A stretch of 62,808 bases of DNA from a virus. A program made the translations under genes and the position numbers. Of the stretch, positions 44,147 through 53,950 are shown one piece after another (position 1 is the stretch's first letter; each line of letters opens with the position of its first letter). The notes beneath the pieces were generated by a model. The model was not told where the DNA came from. It did no database searches and was given only the letters and a program-made list of their open reading frames with translations. Location: IMG/VR virus record IMGVR_UViG_3300045988_163888, positions 1 through 62,808 of that record. One strand, given 5' to 3'.

Positions 44147-44500
44147 TTATCGTATAACCTTAGTCAATACAACGCCGCCTACGACCTCTGGAACCGAGTT
44201 CAATTTTGCCCGTTCCTGTCGCATGCGCAACACCTTTTCCCGACGTTCCGTAAGCTCCGGAAGCGGGTCGCCGAGCGGTTCCGTCGGGTTTACGCGATTG
44301 ATTTCTCCGATAAAGCGCATGTAGACTTCATGGAGTTCCGGAATTGAGTGTTTCATCCCGAGTTTCGCGGTGTTCCAGTATGAAAACGCCGGAACTTTCA
44401 GATCCCCGTCTCCCCGAACTTCCAGCTTAAAATCTTCCCCCGGTATCGCGTCCGGAAAAAGCATTGTGACCATTTTTGCTACGTCGTTCAGCGTTGCCAT
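44147..44500 (-). CDS. hypothetical protein
   Basis: 117 aa ORF at end of tail/lysis block. Confidence 0.4.
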   Translation of the reverse strand: MATLNDVAKMVTMLFPDAIPGEDFKLEVRGDGDLKVPAFSYWNTAKLGMKHSIPELHEVYMRFIGEINRVNPTEPLGDPLPELTERREKVLRMRQERAKLNSVPEVVGGVVLTKVIR

Positions 44501-44620
44501 TTTGCAATCCTCCCTATTCTTTTTTTATTTTTGAAGTGACTGCAATAAAGATAAAGGCGCACCCTGAAAAGTTGAAACTTCAAACTTTCAGAATGCGCCT
44601 AAACGCTGATTTTGAGTTTA

Positions 44621-44667
44621 AAAACATGCAACAGTAATGTAACAGTAATGTAACAGTAATGTAACAG
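44621..44667. repeat. tandem repeat (AGTAATGTAAC)x3 plus partial copy, preceded by imperfect palindrome CTGAAAAGTTGAAACTTCAAACTTTCAG
   Basis: seen directly in sequence in 170-bp intergenic region. Confidence 0.7.
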
Positions 44668-45144
44668 TTACTCTTTATGCCTTGAGATATAGACGCGTGC
44701 GGAAGTGTAATCGCGTTTCGCCTGTTCGCAATCGCGGATAAGCTCTTCCACGCGCTTTTCAAGGTGTTGCAGTTTGATACTGGATTCCGTCTGGACTTTG
44801 GTAATGCCCGTGGCGATTTCGACCTTGAGAGCGTCAATCTTGCTGTTGATGTACCAAAGAGAGCCAGCCACTACAAGAGCGCCAACCACAAAGCACGTGA
44901 GGCACGTTTTACCGCGCTCCGCGTTCGCGTTGTTCCGCTCATCAAGGCGACCGATTTTTTCTTCATTCCCAGCGTGACATCCCCCGACCGCTTCACTCAT
45001 CTTGATTCCCCCCTTGTTGTTTGTATCATTCCCGTGTTCAGGCGTTTTGTTTTCGCCCGTAATGGTTTGTTTGGCGCGTTCAAAGAGCTTGGACGCTCCC
45101 GCGCACGGGAATGGACACGCAGAGCAGTTCCCTGAACACGCCAT
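44668..45144 (-). CDS. membrane protein (likely starts at MSEAVGG, 45000; upstream Cys-rich extension uncertain)
   Basis: GGGGGG RBS before ATG 45000; TM helix LTCFVVGALVVAGSLWYI then coiled coil. Confidence 0.4.
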   Translation of the reverse strand: MACSGNCSACPFPCAGASKLFERAKQTITGENKTPEHGNDTNNKGGIKMSEAVGGCHAGNEEKIGRLDERNNANAERGKTCLTCFVVGALVVAGSLWYINSKIDALKVEIATGITKVQTESSIKLQHLEKRVEELIRDCEQAKRDYTSARVYISRHKE

Positions 45145-45147
45145 TTA

Positions 45148-45579
45148 TTACTTATTCCCCTGTTCGGATGGTTTTTCTGCACTGTTCGCCGAATTTTCTT
45201 GAGTTTTTACGCCAGTGGGGCCGACTTCAACCCCTCCCGCAAAAAACGTCTTGATTACCGCGTCCGCGCCCGTGAAATTCGCTTTATCCTTAATGTTGAC
45301 AATCGCGATTTTGCCGTTTGCGAACTTGGTAATAACACCCGGCGTGCAATTCTCTCCGGCTGTTGCGCTTGCTTCAAATCCAGCGTAAAAACCGTTGACA
45401 AGCATCAACTGGGATTTGGCGTTCGTGCCATCCATCACCCGCGAAAAATTGGTTGCTTCTTCAACCTTGATAACTTTGCCGTTTTCGTCGTAATGCGTTA
45501 CCGTTGAATAGCATCCAGTCGCAAAAGCAACCAATCCAACAGCCGCAACAGCGGCGGCAATAATTCCACTCTTCTTCAT
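45148..45579 (-). CDS. lipoprotein
   Basis: signal peptide with lipobox LVAFATGC. Confidence 0.6.
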   Translation of the reverse strand: MKKSGIIAAAVAAVGLVAFATGCYSTVTHYDENGKVIKVEEATNFSRVMDGTNAKSQLMLVNGFYAGFEASATAGENCTPGVITKFANGKIAIVNIKDKANFTGADAVIKTFFAGGVEVGPTGVKTQENSANSAEKPSEQGNK

Positions 45580-45585
45580 GTTTTC

Positions 45586-45840
45586 TCAGTCTCCCGCTTT
45601 TTTGTATTTTGCTTCAAACTGTTCCGCCGGAACAACAAAAAAGTCATCGCCATCTTTGACGATATACTCTCCGTCACTTGCCAATGTAAGCCCTTCCGGA
45701 GTAACAACACGCAAGGCAAGTTGAGAGGGGAAATACTGCCCGTGTTTCCCCACAAATTCGAGCACCTTGTCCGCGTTTTTGCGTGTTACTTGGATTGCCT
45801 CAACAGGCGTTTTTCTCAGGTACAGAGCCATGTCGTTCAC
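45586..45840 (-). CDS. hypothetical protein
   Basis: 84 aa ORF. Confidence 0.4.
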   Translation of the reverse strand: MNDMALYLRKTPVEAIQVTRKNADKVLEFVGKHGQYFPSQLALRVVTPEGLTLASDGEYIVKDGDDFFVVPAEQFEAKYKKAGD

Positions 45841-46178
45841 TTGCCCTGTTCCGGCGTGGATTTCGTATCTGCTCCCGCATTCACGTCGGAATCAGTCTTG
45901 CCGCCGTTCATAACCTCTTTGACCTTGTCGATTCCGAGAGGGATTGCCGCCTTGATTTTCTCCGCATTTGCCGCGCCGAGCTTGCCTTCCGCAACGAGCT
46001 TGTCGATGTACTCAAGGGCTTTATCCTGTCCCTTTGTCTCCAAAAACTCGATGATTGCCGCGTGCGCTTTGTCGCGGATTTCCGCTTTTTTGTCCGCGTT
46101 AAAGAGCTCGCAACCTGTCAGGATCATAGCGCAAAACGCGCCTGCAATTGCCATTTTCGTGACGTTTTTCATTTTCAT
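45837..46178 (-). CDS. lipoprotein
   Basis: signal peptide with lipobox AMILTGC. Confidence 0.6.
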   Translation of the reverse strand: MKMKNVTKMAIAGAFCAMILTGCELFNADKKAEIRDKAHAAIIEFLETKGQDKALEYIDKLVAEGKLGAANAEKIKAAIPLGIDKVKEVMNGGKTDSDVNAGADTKSTPEQGK

Positions 46179-46238
46179 TTTTTAGGGTCTCCCTAGCTTT
46201 GGTTTTTTTGTTTTATTATACCGACTTTTGCCGATTTC

Positions 46239-46526
46239 TCAAGAATGATGGATGTTGCGTACATTCGGCACGAAACCAGTCAGATTTTCAAGGTGTGCAA
46301 TACGCGTATCGTTCTTTCTGATATCTTTCCAAACGTTCCGGATTTCCTCCGTAATCGTCCGGATTTCCTCGCAATGCGTGTCCATTGCCCGGTTACAGTC
46401 TTCTTTCTGCACAAACTTCTGCAAGTCTCGCCTGATGCCCGATATCGTGCCAGCCATCCAAGCCAAAATCGCAGTCATCACGCTCAGCGTAATGCCGAGC
46501 AGCGCGATTGCCCACTCCTGCGTCAT
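46239..46526 (-). CDS. small membrane protein (holin-like candidate)
   Basis: N-terminal TM helix AIALLGITLSVMTAILAWMAG then charged C-terminus. Confidence 0.35.
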   Translation of the reverse strand: MTQEWAIALLGITLSVMTAILAWMAGTISGIRRDLQKFVQKEDCNRAMDTHCEEIRTITEEIRNVWKDIRKNDTRIAHLENLTGFVPNVRNIHHS

Positions 46527-46549
46527 AATAACCCCTCTGTCTCTCTTTT

Positions 46550-47059
46550 TTATTTTTTATGCCCTGTTTTGCGCCGTCCCGAATTGACATTGCGCCTTAC
46601 ACCAGTAGCAAAACTTGTCAACCTCTCGCGCTCTTTTGAGCTCAAAAAACGGTAAAGGTACTCTCTGATAATCGCCTTGCGATTCTCCCGCCATGCCACG
46701 CTGCCGAAAAGCCGAACGCCCCAGTAGACGCGCTGAGAGCGCATCCAGCTTAGCCCGTCCGCGCGGATGATTGCATAAAGCATTTTATCCGCGTCTTTCC
46801 GTGTCCAGCCGTCCGGTTGCTCCCTGTAGATATAATCGTGCGCAATCGCGCCGCAAAGCGTCCTAGGGTCGATACGAGGCGATACAATCGCCCATAAAAA
46901 CGCCGGGACACTCATGCCGTCGCTCAAAAAACCTTTAGGCACGGTAAATTTTTCCCCCTTAAAATTGAACGGAAGCGGCTTCAGCAGCCGGAAAATATCC
47001 CCGTGCGCCGTCCGTTCTATAACCTCAATTTTCGGATTATGGTGACAATGTTCACTCAT
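46550..47059 (-). CDS. DUF1353-like phage protein
   Basis: FTVPKGFLSDGMSVPAFLWAIV matches DUF1353 core pattern. Confidence 0.5.
   Translation of the reverse strand: MSEHCHHNPKIEVIERTAHGDIFRLLKPLPFNFKGEKFTVPKGFLSDGMSVPAFLWAIVSPRIDPRTLCGAIAHDYIYREQPDGWTRKDADKMLYAIIRADGLSWMRSQRVYWGVRLFGSVAWRENRKAIIREYLYRFLSSKERERLTSFATGVRRNVNSGRRKTGHKK
46615..46623 (-). promoter_or_regulatory. conserved late element copy 6 (inside 3' end of DUF1353 ORF)
   Basis: AGTAGCAAAACTTGTCAACC; 92 nt upstream of ATG 46526. Confidence 0.45.
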
Positions 47060-47082
47060 CGCGCTATTCTCCTTCCCCGTTT

Positions 47083-47475
47083 TTAGCGGTTTTTAAGCCG
47101 CTCTTCCGCGTCTTTTCGCCATTGCTCTATCTGATACACCCCCGCCCACTCAACCGCTTTCAGCTCTTCTTCTTTCGCGCGTTTTTCCAGCAAAGGACGC
47201 GCCAAGCCGAGCGCAAGCAAGTAAACAGGCAACGTCAACTTTCGCCTCTGATAGGCGTGATAAAGCTCGTGGATGTACGAGCCAAAGAGCACCGCGACAT
47301 TGTCATCCGGCGCGAGCTCTATTGCGTCCGAAACCGCCCGATATGCCGCTTGTTTCTTCCCCTCTTTGCCTGTAATCTTGATGATAGGGATGTATTCCCA
47401 CGCCAGCTTAAAAAGCCAGTCAGTATGCTTCTCGTACTCTGCCGCCAACTTCAAAACGGGTCTGTAAAAGTTCAT
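47083..47475 (-). CDS. small HExxH-motif protein (putative zinc metallopeptidase)
   Basis: IHELYHAYQ. Confidence 0.35.
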   Translation of the reverse strand: MNFYRPVLKLAAEYEKHTDWLFKLAWEYIPIIKITGKEGKKQAAYRAVSDAIELAPDDNVAVLFGSYIHELYHAYQRRKLTLPVYLLALGLARPLLEKRAKEEELKAVEWAGVYQIEQWRKDAEERLKNR

Positions 47476-47478
47476 GGT

Positions 47479-49044
47479 TTATGCCTCCGGTGTGAACTCG
47501 TTCGCAAGGGCGGTGATTTCCGATGCCGATATCGCCCGGTTGTAAATTCGGCACGCGGCAATATAAGCGTTGCAAGAGCCTTCGGAAAATGTATTAGCAA
47601 TCCAGCCGCCAATGGTCCCATTGTTGTTTGTCGAGCTTAAATAAAGCGTCATTGTGAATGTCTTTACAAGCTTCCCGTTTGCGTAAATGTTGCACGTCCC
47701 ATTATTGTAAGTCATGGTACAACAAACCCAGCCAGAAAGCGTGAACGTCGTGTCTTCTCGTCCGTTCGCCCGTTCAACCGCCAGTTTTCCGTCATGGTCT
47801 TGCAAAACACACGCCTTATACGGCGAATCATATCCCCACCCGAAAAACGACCGATAGCCGCTCCCCGAAACTTTGTAATACCACGCTGAAATAGTGAACG
47901 TTGTAGCAGGGAACCCGGTAGTTGGAAAATCAATCCTAGTAGCCTCCATTTTTGCACATGGGACGCCTTTATAGGTTGTATAAACTGGAGTTCCATTCGC
48001 CACGGTCAACGCCTGCCCGGTATCTGCCGAGCTTGCCTCCTCCTCAAGCGGCGCGTAAAATACAAGCCCGTCATCCGGAATTGCTGATTGCTCTTTCACC
48101 GCGATAAACAGGTTACCTACTCCCGCCGCCGTGCTCCGCACAATAATCCCCTTCTGCCCGGCTTGAGGCGTTCCGTAAGCTGTTTGAAGAGGGATAAACA
48201 GCGATTTTGTGGGGTTATGCTCTACGGTCATGCTCTGCCCCGTCGGTATCATAATTCCCTTGCGCCCCACGGACGGGACTTTATTAAACACGAATTCCCG
48301 CGCCAGCGCCTGTATTTCCGCGTCGGTAAGCGCCCGGTTGAAAATGCGAATTTGCGAATAGTTCGCGTTTCCTCTAATAGCATAAGTGGCTCGCGCCAGC
48401 GAGTTGATGCAAAAATTAAGCCCGCTCTGGAAACTGTATGACCGCTCCGCCGAATACGCCGCGTATTCCGTATCTCCGTCCATAACGGTCTTATATTTCT
48501 TGCTTGTCGCGTCATAGCAAAAATAGCCGTGATGCCAGTCAGTTCCAATCTCGGAATACAGGATTCCCGCGCGTCTTGCATCACTGCTGGAGCTCCCGCA
48601 TGCCGTCTCAATATGGTCCGATTCCACACTTGCCCAGATTTCATCACCTCCACTCAGGCTGTAATTGCCGCGCCCTGCTGTAATATACGCGCTTGAGTTA
48701 CTGTTGAGCCGCTTAAACCAAAAAGACATAGCCATAGATACATCCCCGGAAAACCCGTCAAGCGTGCCGCTCAGATACGAACCGGACGTTATTTCAAGGC
48801 ACGGTATGCCGTCGACCGTCTTTGCGGTCACCGTCCCGGTTTTCGTCAACGACTGCCCTGTCTGCGCCGTGGTATAGTCCGAGCTGTCGCAGGGGAGATA
48901 GAAAACCATGCCGCTTGTCGGTATTTGCTCCGCTGGCGTTGGCGCTCCTGCCTCATAATTTTCGACAGGCAAAAACACGCCACCGCACATGATGCCTTTT
49001 GTCCCTGCCGTCGGATCCTGCTTTCTGATGTACAGATAACTCAT
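47479..49044 (-). CDS. tandem LamG/concanavalin-like lectin domain protein (tail-associated)
   Basis: two ~230-aa repeats each ending (Q/A)IRI(F/Y)NRA(L/I)..(A/S)EI.ALA.EF. Confidence 0.55.
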   Translation of the reverse strand: MSYLYIRKQDPTAGTKGIMCGGVFLPVENYEAGAPTPAEQIPTSGMVFYLPCDSSDYTTAQTGQSLTKTGTVTAKTVDGIPCLEITSGSYLSGTLDGFSGDVSMAMSFWFKRLNSNSSAYITAGRGNYSLSGGDEIWASVESDHIETACGSSSSDARRAGILYSEIGTDWHHGYFCYDATSKKYKTVMDGDTEYAAYSAERSYSFQSGLNFCINSLARATYAIRGNANYSQIRIFNRALTDAEIQALAREFVFNKVPSVGRKGIMIPTGQSMTVEHNPTKSLFIPLQTAYGTPQAGQKGIIVRSTAAGVGNLFIAVKEQSAIPDDGLVFYAPLEEEASSADTGQALTVANGTPVYTTYKGVPCAKMEATRIDFPTTGFPATTFTISAWYYKVSGSGYRSFFGWGYDSPYKACVLQDHDGKLAVERANGREDTTFTLSGWVCCTMTYNNGTCNIYANGKLVKTFTMTLYLSSTNNNGTIGGWIANTFSEGSCNAYIAACRIYNRAISASEITALANEFTPEA

Positions 49045-49048
49045 ACCG

Positions 49049-49381
49049 TCACGCCTCCGGTTTTGTAAAGTCGTATGTCACCGCGCCGGGAAGACTTAAA
49101 GTCCCATCCGATTTCAGCGCTTGCGCCGTCCCCGTAAAACTTGAAGCGTCCGTAACAGACGCAAGCACGCCCCACGTGATCGCCATTTCCTGCTCAGGCG
49201 CACTTCCTCCACCGGAACCGCTTGCCGAAACCGTGCCGAATTCCCCGTTTTCATCTTTATACCGCAAGACTTTGTCCCCGCTTGCCGTGCCGTCCGAGTA
49301 ACCCTGAAAAATAACCCGAGTTCCAGCCGGAGGAGTTTGTGTCATTTCCGCGTCAGTGTAAAACTTTTCCGTAAAAGGCAT
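49049..49381 (-). CDS. hypothetical tail protein
   Basis: 110 aa ORF. Confidence 0.4.
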   Translation of the reverse strand: MPFTEKFYTDAEMTQTPPAGTRVIFQGYSDGTASGDKVLRYKDENGEFGTVSASGSGGGSAPEQEMAITWGVLASVTDASSFTGTAQALKSDGTLSLPGAVTYDFTKPEA

Positions 49382-49386
49382 GATGA

Positions 49387-50091
49387 TTATTCCTCCCCGT
49401 TTTCTGCTGTGGTTGTAGTTGTTGCTTCAGTTGTTTCAGTCGTTGTTTCAGTCGCCGCCGGAGCCGGAATATCCACAAAAAGTTCATCCCAATTCCGGTT
49501 ATTCTGAAGCAAGTTTAAGCTGATGATTGCAAACTTGCTTGTATACGAGGCAATGTCAGCCGCGCTCATGCCGTTCTCAATGGCAAAAGCGACCATCTGC
49601 TCCGCGTTAAAACCGCCCGATACGGGCAAATCTGCACGCGTTTTTCCTACTTTCGAGCACACTTCATCAACCGCCGCCCAGAATGTCGCTTTAATCACCT
49701 TGAACCGTTGCGCAAGTTCATTCACCGCCCCTGCCGCCTTTGGAAACGCGCTTCTGACCGCTTGCCTATGCGCCTCCCACACAAAATCGTCACGAAGTTC
49801 CGCTTGCATTTCCTGCGTGCCGTAAAAAAACTTTCGGATTGCCGCGTAATTCACAAATGCGAACTCATCTTCATTTGTCAAATCCTGCCCGGTAAAGGGT
49901 ATAGGAACGTCGAAATAGCGATACGTGACAGTTATACCGTATTCGTCGTTTTCGTTCGTTATAGCCCTTACAAACGCCGGAAAATAGACCGTCATGCCCT
50001 CGCGTCGAATTTCCGGAGCGGTAAAAGATTCCGTCTCCCGGAAAAATTCCGCGTGAAAACCCGCCGGAAGCGTCTCGATAGTCTCAATCAT
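49387..50091 (-). CDS. hypothetical tail protein
   Basis: 234 aa ORF with Thr/Glu-rich C-terminus. Confidence 0.4.
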   Translation of the reverse strand: MIETIETLPAGFHAEFFRETESFTAPEIRREGMTVYFPAFVRAITNENDEYGITVTYRYFDVPIPFTGQDLTNEDEFAFVNYAAIRKFFYGTQEMQAELRDDFVWEAHRQAVRSAFPKAAGAVNELAQRFKVIKATFWAAVDEVCSKVGKTRADLPVSGGFNAEQMVAFAIENGMSAADIASYTSKFAIISLNLLQNNRNWDELFVDIPAPAATETTTETTEATTTTTAENGEE

Positions 50092-50125
50092 GCTTCATAA
50101 CTCCTATTTTTTTGCCCTGTTGTTT

Positions 50126-53100
50126 TCAGCACGCCAGCCGCCCGCCCGCGTATTTCAACGCCACCGAACGCTCGCCTAGCAGATAAACGCACCCCATCCC
50201 CGCCGCTCCTCCGGCGGACTGCTGACCACCACGGTAAATCACCCTTGCGCCCGTTTCTCCGTCGTTGTAAACACGGTCGCAAAGGTATGTTGTACTCGCC
50301 CCGCCGATAGTCAGAGGGAGAAAGGTTTTCTTGTCAAAAGTCTTGATAAAACCTCCCGAGTTAGGGAATACCTGATAAACCCAGTTAAGCGCGTTGCCCG
50401 TGTAGCCGGAGGGCGGGAAAACACCCGAAGTTTCGCCGACGGAGAGATTAGCGTTGAACTCGTTATACTTGCTTGTAGACTGTGTAAACCAATAGCCGGA
50501 CGGATGCTTCTGGAAACCATCCTCAAAATACGCCAGCGCCCCGAACGGGTCCTCGATCCCGCGCCAGCTCCATTGCACAATCTTCTTCTCCGGCGTCAGC
50601 CCGGAAAGCCACGCGGTAATGTCCGCGTCCGCGCCCGAAACGTCCGCGACGCAGCTTCCCGTCGCATTGCCGTACCATCTCGTACGCCCAGTTTCGCGGA
50701 GCGCCGAATAGTCGAAAGCCGTGCAATTGGTGAACCCCGGCGACAGCGTCTGCGTGTCCAGACTTCCAGCGTCGATCGCCATCATCAGCACCGCCCACTG
50801 ACCGAACAGGCAGTTCACGTTCGTCCCGCCGTTGTTCGCCGCGTGACCCGCGCGGTACTGCGCAAGCGTCGCCCCCGAGTGAGGCTTGTACATCGGCAGC
50901 GACCGGAACCGCATTCCATTGGAATACGCCGCCGCTTCCGTCAGCCCCGCCGTCGAAACCGGAGTCCCCGCGGCATTGCAGAGCACGCTCCGGAACGCCC
51001 CCACATACTGAACACGCGCCGTCGACCCGTCCGGTGAAACATAAAAGAACGGGTGAATCGAGGAACCGGGGAACGGCTTGTCAGATACAAGGTATCTGTA
51101 GTGCACATGTGCGCTTGCGTCTGTGTAAGTATCAACGCGCCAATGCGTAATAGGTATCTCAACCATAACATCGCCGTCCGCGCCTGTAAGCGTCGCGTCC
51201 GTGCCATCCTCTTTCAAGTTTGAGTTAGAGGGATGCAAGTAATAGGCAATTGTCCGCGTCGCAAGGTTGCTCATCACGCAACGTCTCAAGTTATGCGCTG
51301 GCATTTGCGAAAAGGAGGAGACCTCTGTATAAATCGAGCCATTGACCGCCTGTATCCTCTTGCAAGCAGTCGCCGCAGTCGCAATTGACGTGTCATAGTC
51401 AATGCCATACTGCCAAGTATCCCCGCTACTGCCAGCCGACGCGCCCGCCGCGAAATTGACTTGCCATGTGCCTGTGATCGCCTTGCCGATAGCCGCGATG
51501 TTGGATGCCATGTCAATGGCAACAGAGCCGCCGTCAGACGCGATTGTAGCCGTGCCAAACTGCAAGGGGTATGTCACGCCCGTATTGTCGCTGATTGATA
51601 CAGGTATGCCCGTTTCCGCGATTGTAAGTGTCCCCGCCGTAACATCGGACGATGTAAACGAGTGCCGGAACGCCTTGCCGCGCAAATCCTCTAAAAACGC
51701 CTGTTCGGACTTGCCGGAGTTGCCGTCTTGCGCTTTCCAGACATCATACGCCGATTCTCCCTGCGCTCCCTTGAGATTGACCGTTGCCGGGTTAGGTCTT
51801 CCCCCGTCATTCGTCCATGACAAGTCGCCTGATGCCGAAACAGCCGGAGTGAAAGTCGTACCGTTCGCTCCGTCTTCCCCGTCCGTGCCATTCGTGCCGT
51901 TGATTCCGTCTTTCGAGCCCAGATACCAGAACTCATTCTGCTCCGTCGGAAGCGTCGGAAGCGCATTTCCGGTGTTATTGTCAACCTTGCTAACCCACTG
52001 ACCGCCATTGCCACGGACCATGTCAAATTTAGCGTAAGTCTTTGTAGCGTCGTACACTCCCTTTGGATTGACGCCGCTTCCCGCCTCACCTTTGATACTC
52101 ACTGCCGCCGGGTTAGGTTTGCCGCCGTCATTGGTCCACGATAGAACGCCATCTGCACTCACGGCGGGTGTGAAAGTCACTCCGTTTGTACCGTTCGTGC
52201 CGTTCGTACCATTTGTACCATCCTTGCCCTTAGGGATGCCAAAAGCAAATGCAAAGACTTTAGCCGTATTCGCGCCCGATGCCGTGATTGATACCGTCGG
52301 AGCCTTGCCATAATCGAGTGCCGTCGCTGTAGCTGTCGGTGTGCCGAAACCAGCCGCCGCTCCGGTTGCTCCAGTATTTCCTTTAGGTCCAGTTCCTCCA
52401 GCCGCCGCGATTTTGACGAATTTTGCCGAGGCGTTAGCCGGAGTTTCACCTTTGGATGTTGCCGTAATCACTTGATACGTTTCAACGGGCGTTCCGAATG
52501 TCACAATACTCCCTTTTTCATATCCAGCCGCGCTTGTATCGAGTGCCGCCGCCTCATCCATAAAACCAGTCTCACCGCGCGGAATCTTGAACGTAAACGC
52601 AAACACTTTCGCGTTGTTTTCCCCGCTCGCCGCAATCGCAACTTCCGCGTTGCTCCCCGCGTCAAGCGTCTGTACCGTCGCAGTCGGAGTTCCAAACCCT
52701 GCTGCCGTTCCCTGCGCCCCAGCCGGAATCGTAAACGCAAAATTAAACACTTTTGCGCTATTTTCCCCGCTTGCCGTCACTTCAACCGAAGGATTCCCCC
52801 CAGCCGCTCCCGCCGTCGCTGTCGCCGTCGGAGTTCCGAATCCCGCCGCCGCGCCTGTATCGCCTTTCGCGCCCTTCGGAATCGTGAATTTCAGTTCAGC
52901 TTCAGAACTGCTTCCGGTGTTTTCAACGCTCGCTTCCGTCCCCGCCTCGCCTGTGACAGCAGTCACGCTTTTAATCTGTCCTGCCGCACCACGGTATCGC
53001 TTTTTCGCCGCTCCCCATTCGCCGCCAAGCGTCTTCGGGCGCTCATGGTAATACTCATCGTCTTCCGTCGCTTCCGCGTGCCAGCCGGATGTACCATTTA

Positions 53101-53950
53101 CAGAGTATTCAACCTCTGTAGTATCGCGCAAAAGTGACAGCACCCACAATTGACTTGCTATCCCCTGCGCGTTAACGTTAGGCACGCTTGCAGAGGGATT
53201 TTTAAACAGCAGAGGTTTTTTGATGTACATTTCCTGCTGGACGCGCTTGACCACCTCGCCGGAAATGGCTATCGCGTGCTCAAAACGCACGTCCATTTCT
53301 TCAGTAGTCTCAAAGTCGAAAAAGGACATTACCTTGTCACTCATCATCCAAAAATGAACGGTAAAAACACCCTCATCCTTGCGCGTATCGTCGACCCAGT
53401 TCAGCGCGTTGCTCTCTTCGTTGTACACGCCCTCCGCTTTGACCATCAGAGCTTCCGGAACGCCGACTGTATCACCCGCCGCGAATGCGTAAGTTGCCGC
53501 CGTTGCTGTAATCGTAAAGGTGTAAGTTCCGGTTCCTTTCGTGCGTGCAGTATACGCAAAAGTCTGCTCTTCTCCCGCGCCGTTTCGGAGGAGTAGGAAG
53601 CCCGTTTTCGGGACAAGCATTTCTTCAGCCGCAAGCGTTGCCGTGATACTCGTTACGCTGTCGCCCTTTGCAATCGCGCCCGAACCCGCAAGTTTCGCCT
53701 CAAACTGGTGTATAACGTTATTGTCAATGCCAAACAGGGACGCAACCGCGCTTCCCGCAAATCCTGTGTATTTATCCCACGTATCAGGCGTTCCAGCCGC
53801 TCCCCCGTTCGTCACGTAGTGCAATTCGTAGGTTTCGTGCGAATCAAGGTAACTTACAAGGCGATTGCTGTTCACAAACTGCCCGCCGCTCTCGCTGTAG
53901 CAATCCCCCGTGTTAACATCAACGTATATCAACGTAACCGACATTTTCAA
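50126..53950 (-). CDS. tail fibre / receptor-binding protein with collagen-like triplets and three internal ~45-aa repeats
   Basis: GTNGTNGTNGTNG and DGINGTNGTDGEDGANGT Gly-X-Y runs; repeats AAGFGTPTATA...SGEN.AKVFAF.F.IP; 1274 aa. Confidence 0.6.
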   Translation of the reverse strand: MKMSVTLIYVDVNTGDCYSESGGQFVNSNRLVSYLDSHETYELHYVTNGGAAGTPDTWDKYTGFAGSAVASLFGIDNNVIHQFEAKLAGSGAIAKGDSVTSITATLAAEEMLVPKTGFLLLRNGAGEEQTFAYTARTKGTGTYTFTITATAATYAFAAGDTVGVPEALMVKAEGVYNEESNALNWVDDTRKDEGVFTVHFWMMSDKVMSFFDFETTEEMDVRFEHAIAISGEVVKRVQQEMYIKKPLLFKNPSASVPNVNAQGIASQLWVLSLLRDTTEVEYSVNGTSGWHAEATEDDEYYHERPKTLGGEWGAAKKRYRGAAGQIKSVTAVTGEAGTEASVENTGSSSEAELKFTIPKGAKGDTGAAAGFGTPTATATAGAAGGNPSVEVTASGENSAKVFNFAFTIPAGAQGTAAGFGTPTATVQTLDAGSNAEVAIAASGENNAKVFAFTFKIPRGETGFMDEAAALDTSAAGYEKGSIVTFGTPVETYQVITATSKGETPANASAKFVKIAAAGGTGPKGNTGATGAAAGFGTPTATATALDYGKAPTVSITASGANTAKVFAFAFGIPKGKDGTNGTNGTNGTNGVTFTPAVSADGVLSWTNDGGKPNPAAVSIKGEAGSGVNPKGVYDATKTYAKFDMVRGNGGQWVSKVDNNTGNALPTLPTEQNEFWYLGSKDGINGTNGTDGEDGANGTTFTPAVSASGDLSWTNDGGRPNPATVNLKGAQGESAYDVWKAQDGNSGKSEQAFLEDLRGKAFRHSFTSSDVTAGTLTIAETGIPVSISDNTGVTYPLQFGTATIASDGGSVAIDMASNIAAIGKAITGTWQVNFAAGASAGSSGDTWQYGIDYDTSIATAATACKRIQAVNGSIYTEVSSFSQMPAHNLRRCVMSNLATRTIAYYLHPSNSNLKEDGTDATLTGADGDVMVEIPITHWRVDTYTDASAHVHYRYLVSDKPFPGSSIHPFFYVSPDGSTARVQYVGAFRSVLCNAAGTPVSTAGLTEAAAYSNGMRFRSLPMYKPHSGATLAQYRAGHAANNGGTNVNCLFGQWAVLMMAIDAGSLDTQTLSPGFTNCTAFDYSALRETGRTRWYGNATGSCVADVSGADADITAWLSGLTPEKKIVQWSWRGIEDPFGALAYFEDGFQKHPSGYWFTQSTSKYNEFNANLSVGETSGVFPPSGYTGNALNWVYQVFPNSGGFIKTFDKKTFLPLTIGGASTTYLCDRVYNDGETGARVIYRGGQQSAGGAAGMGCVYLLGERSVALKYAGGRLAC

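Noticed and set aside
52472-53137. Arg-rich 221-aa plus ORF and 52587..53051 Ala/Pro-rich ORF
   Set aside because: Frame artefacts of the GC-rich repeated region inside the 1274-aa fibre gene, on the opposite strand.
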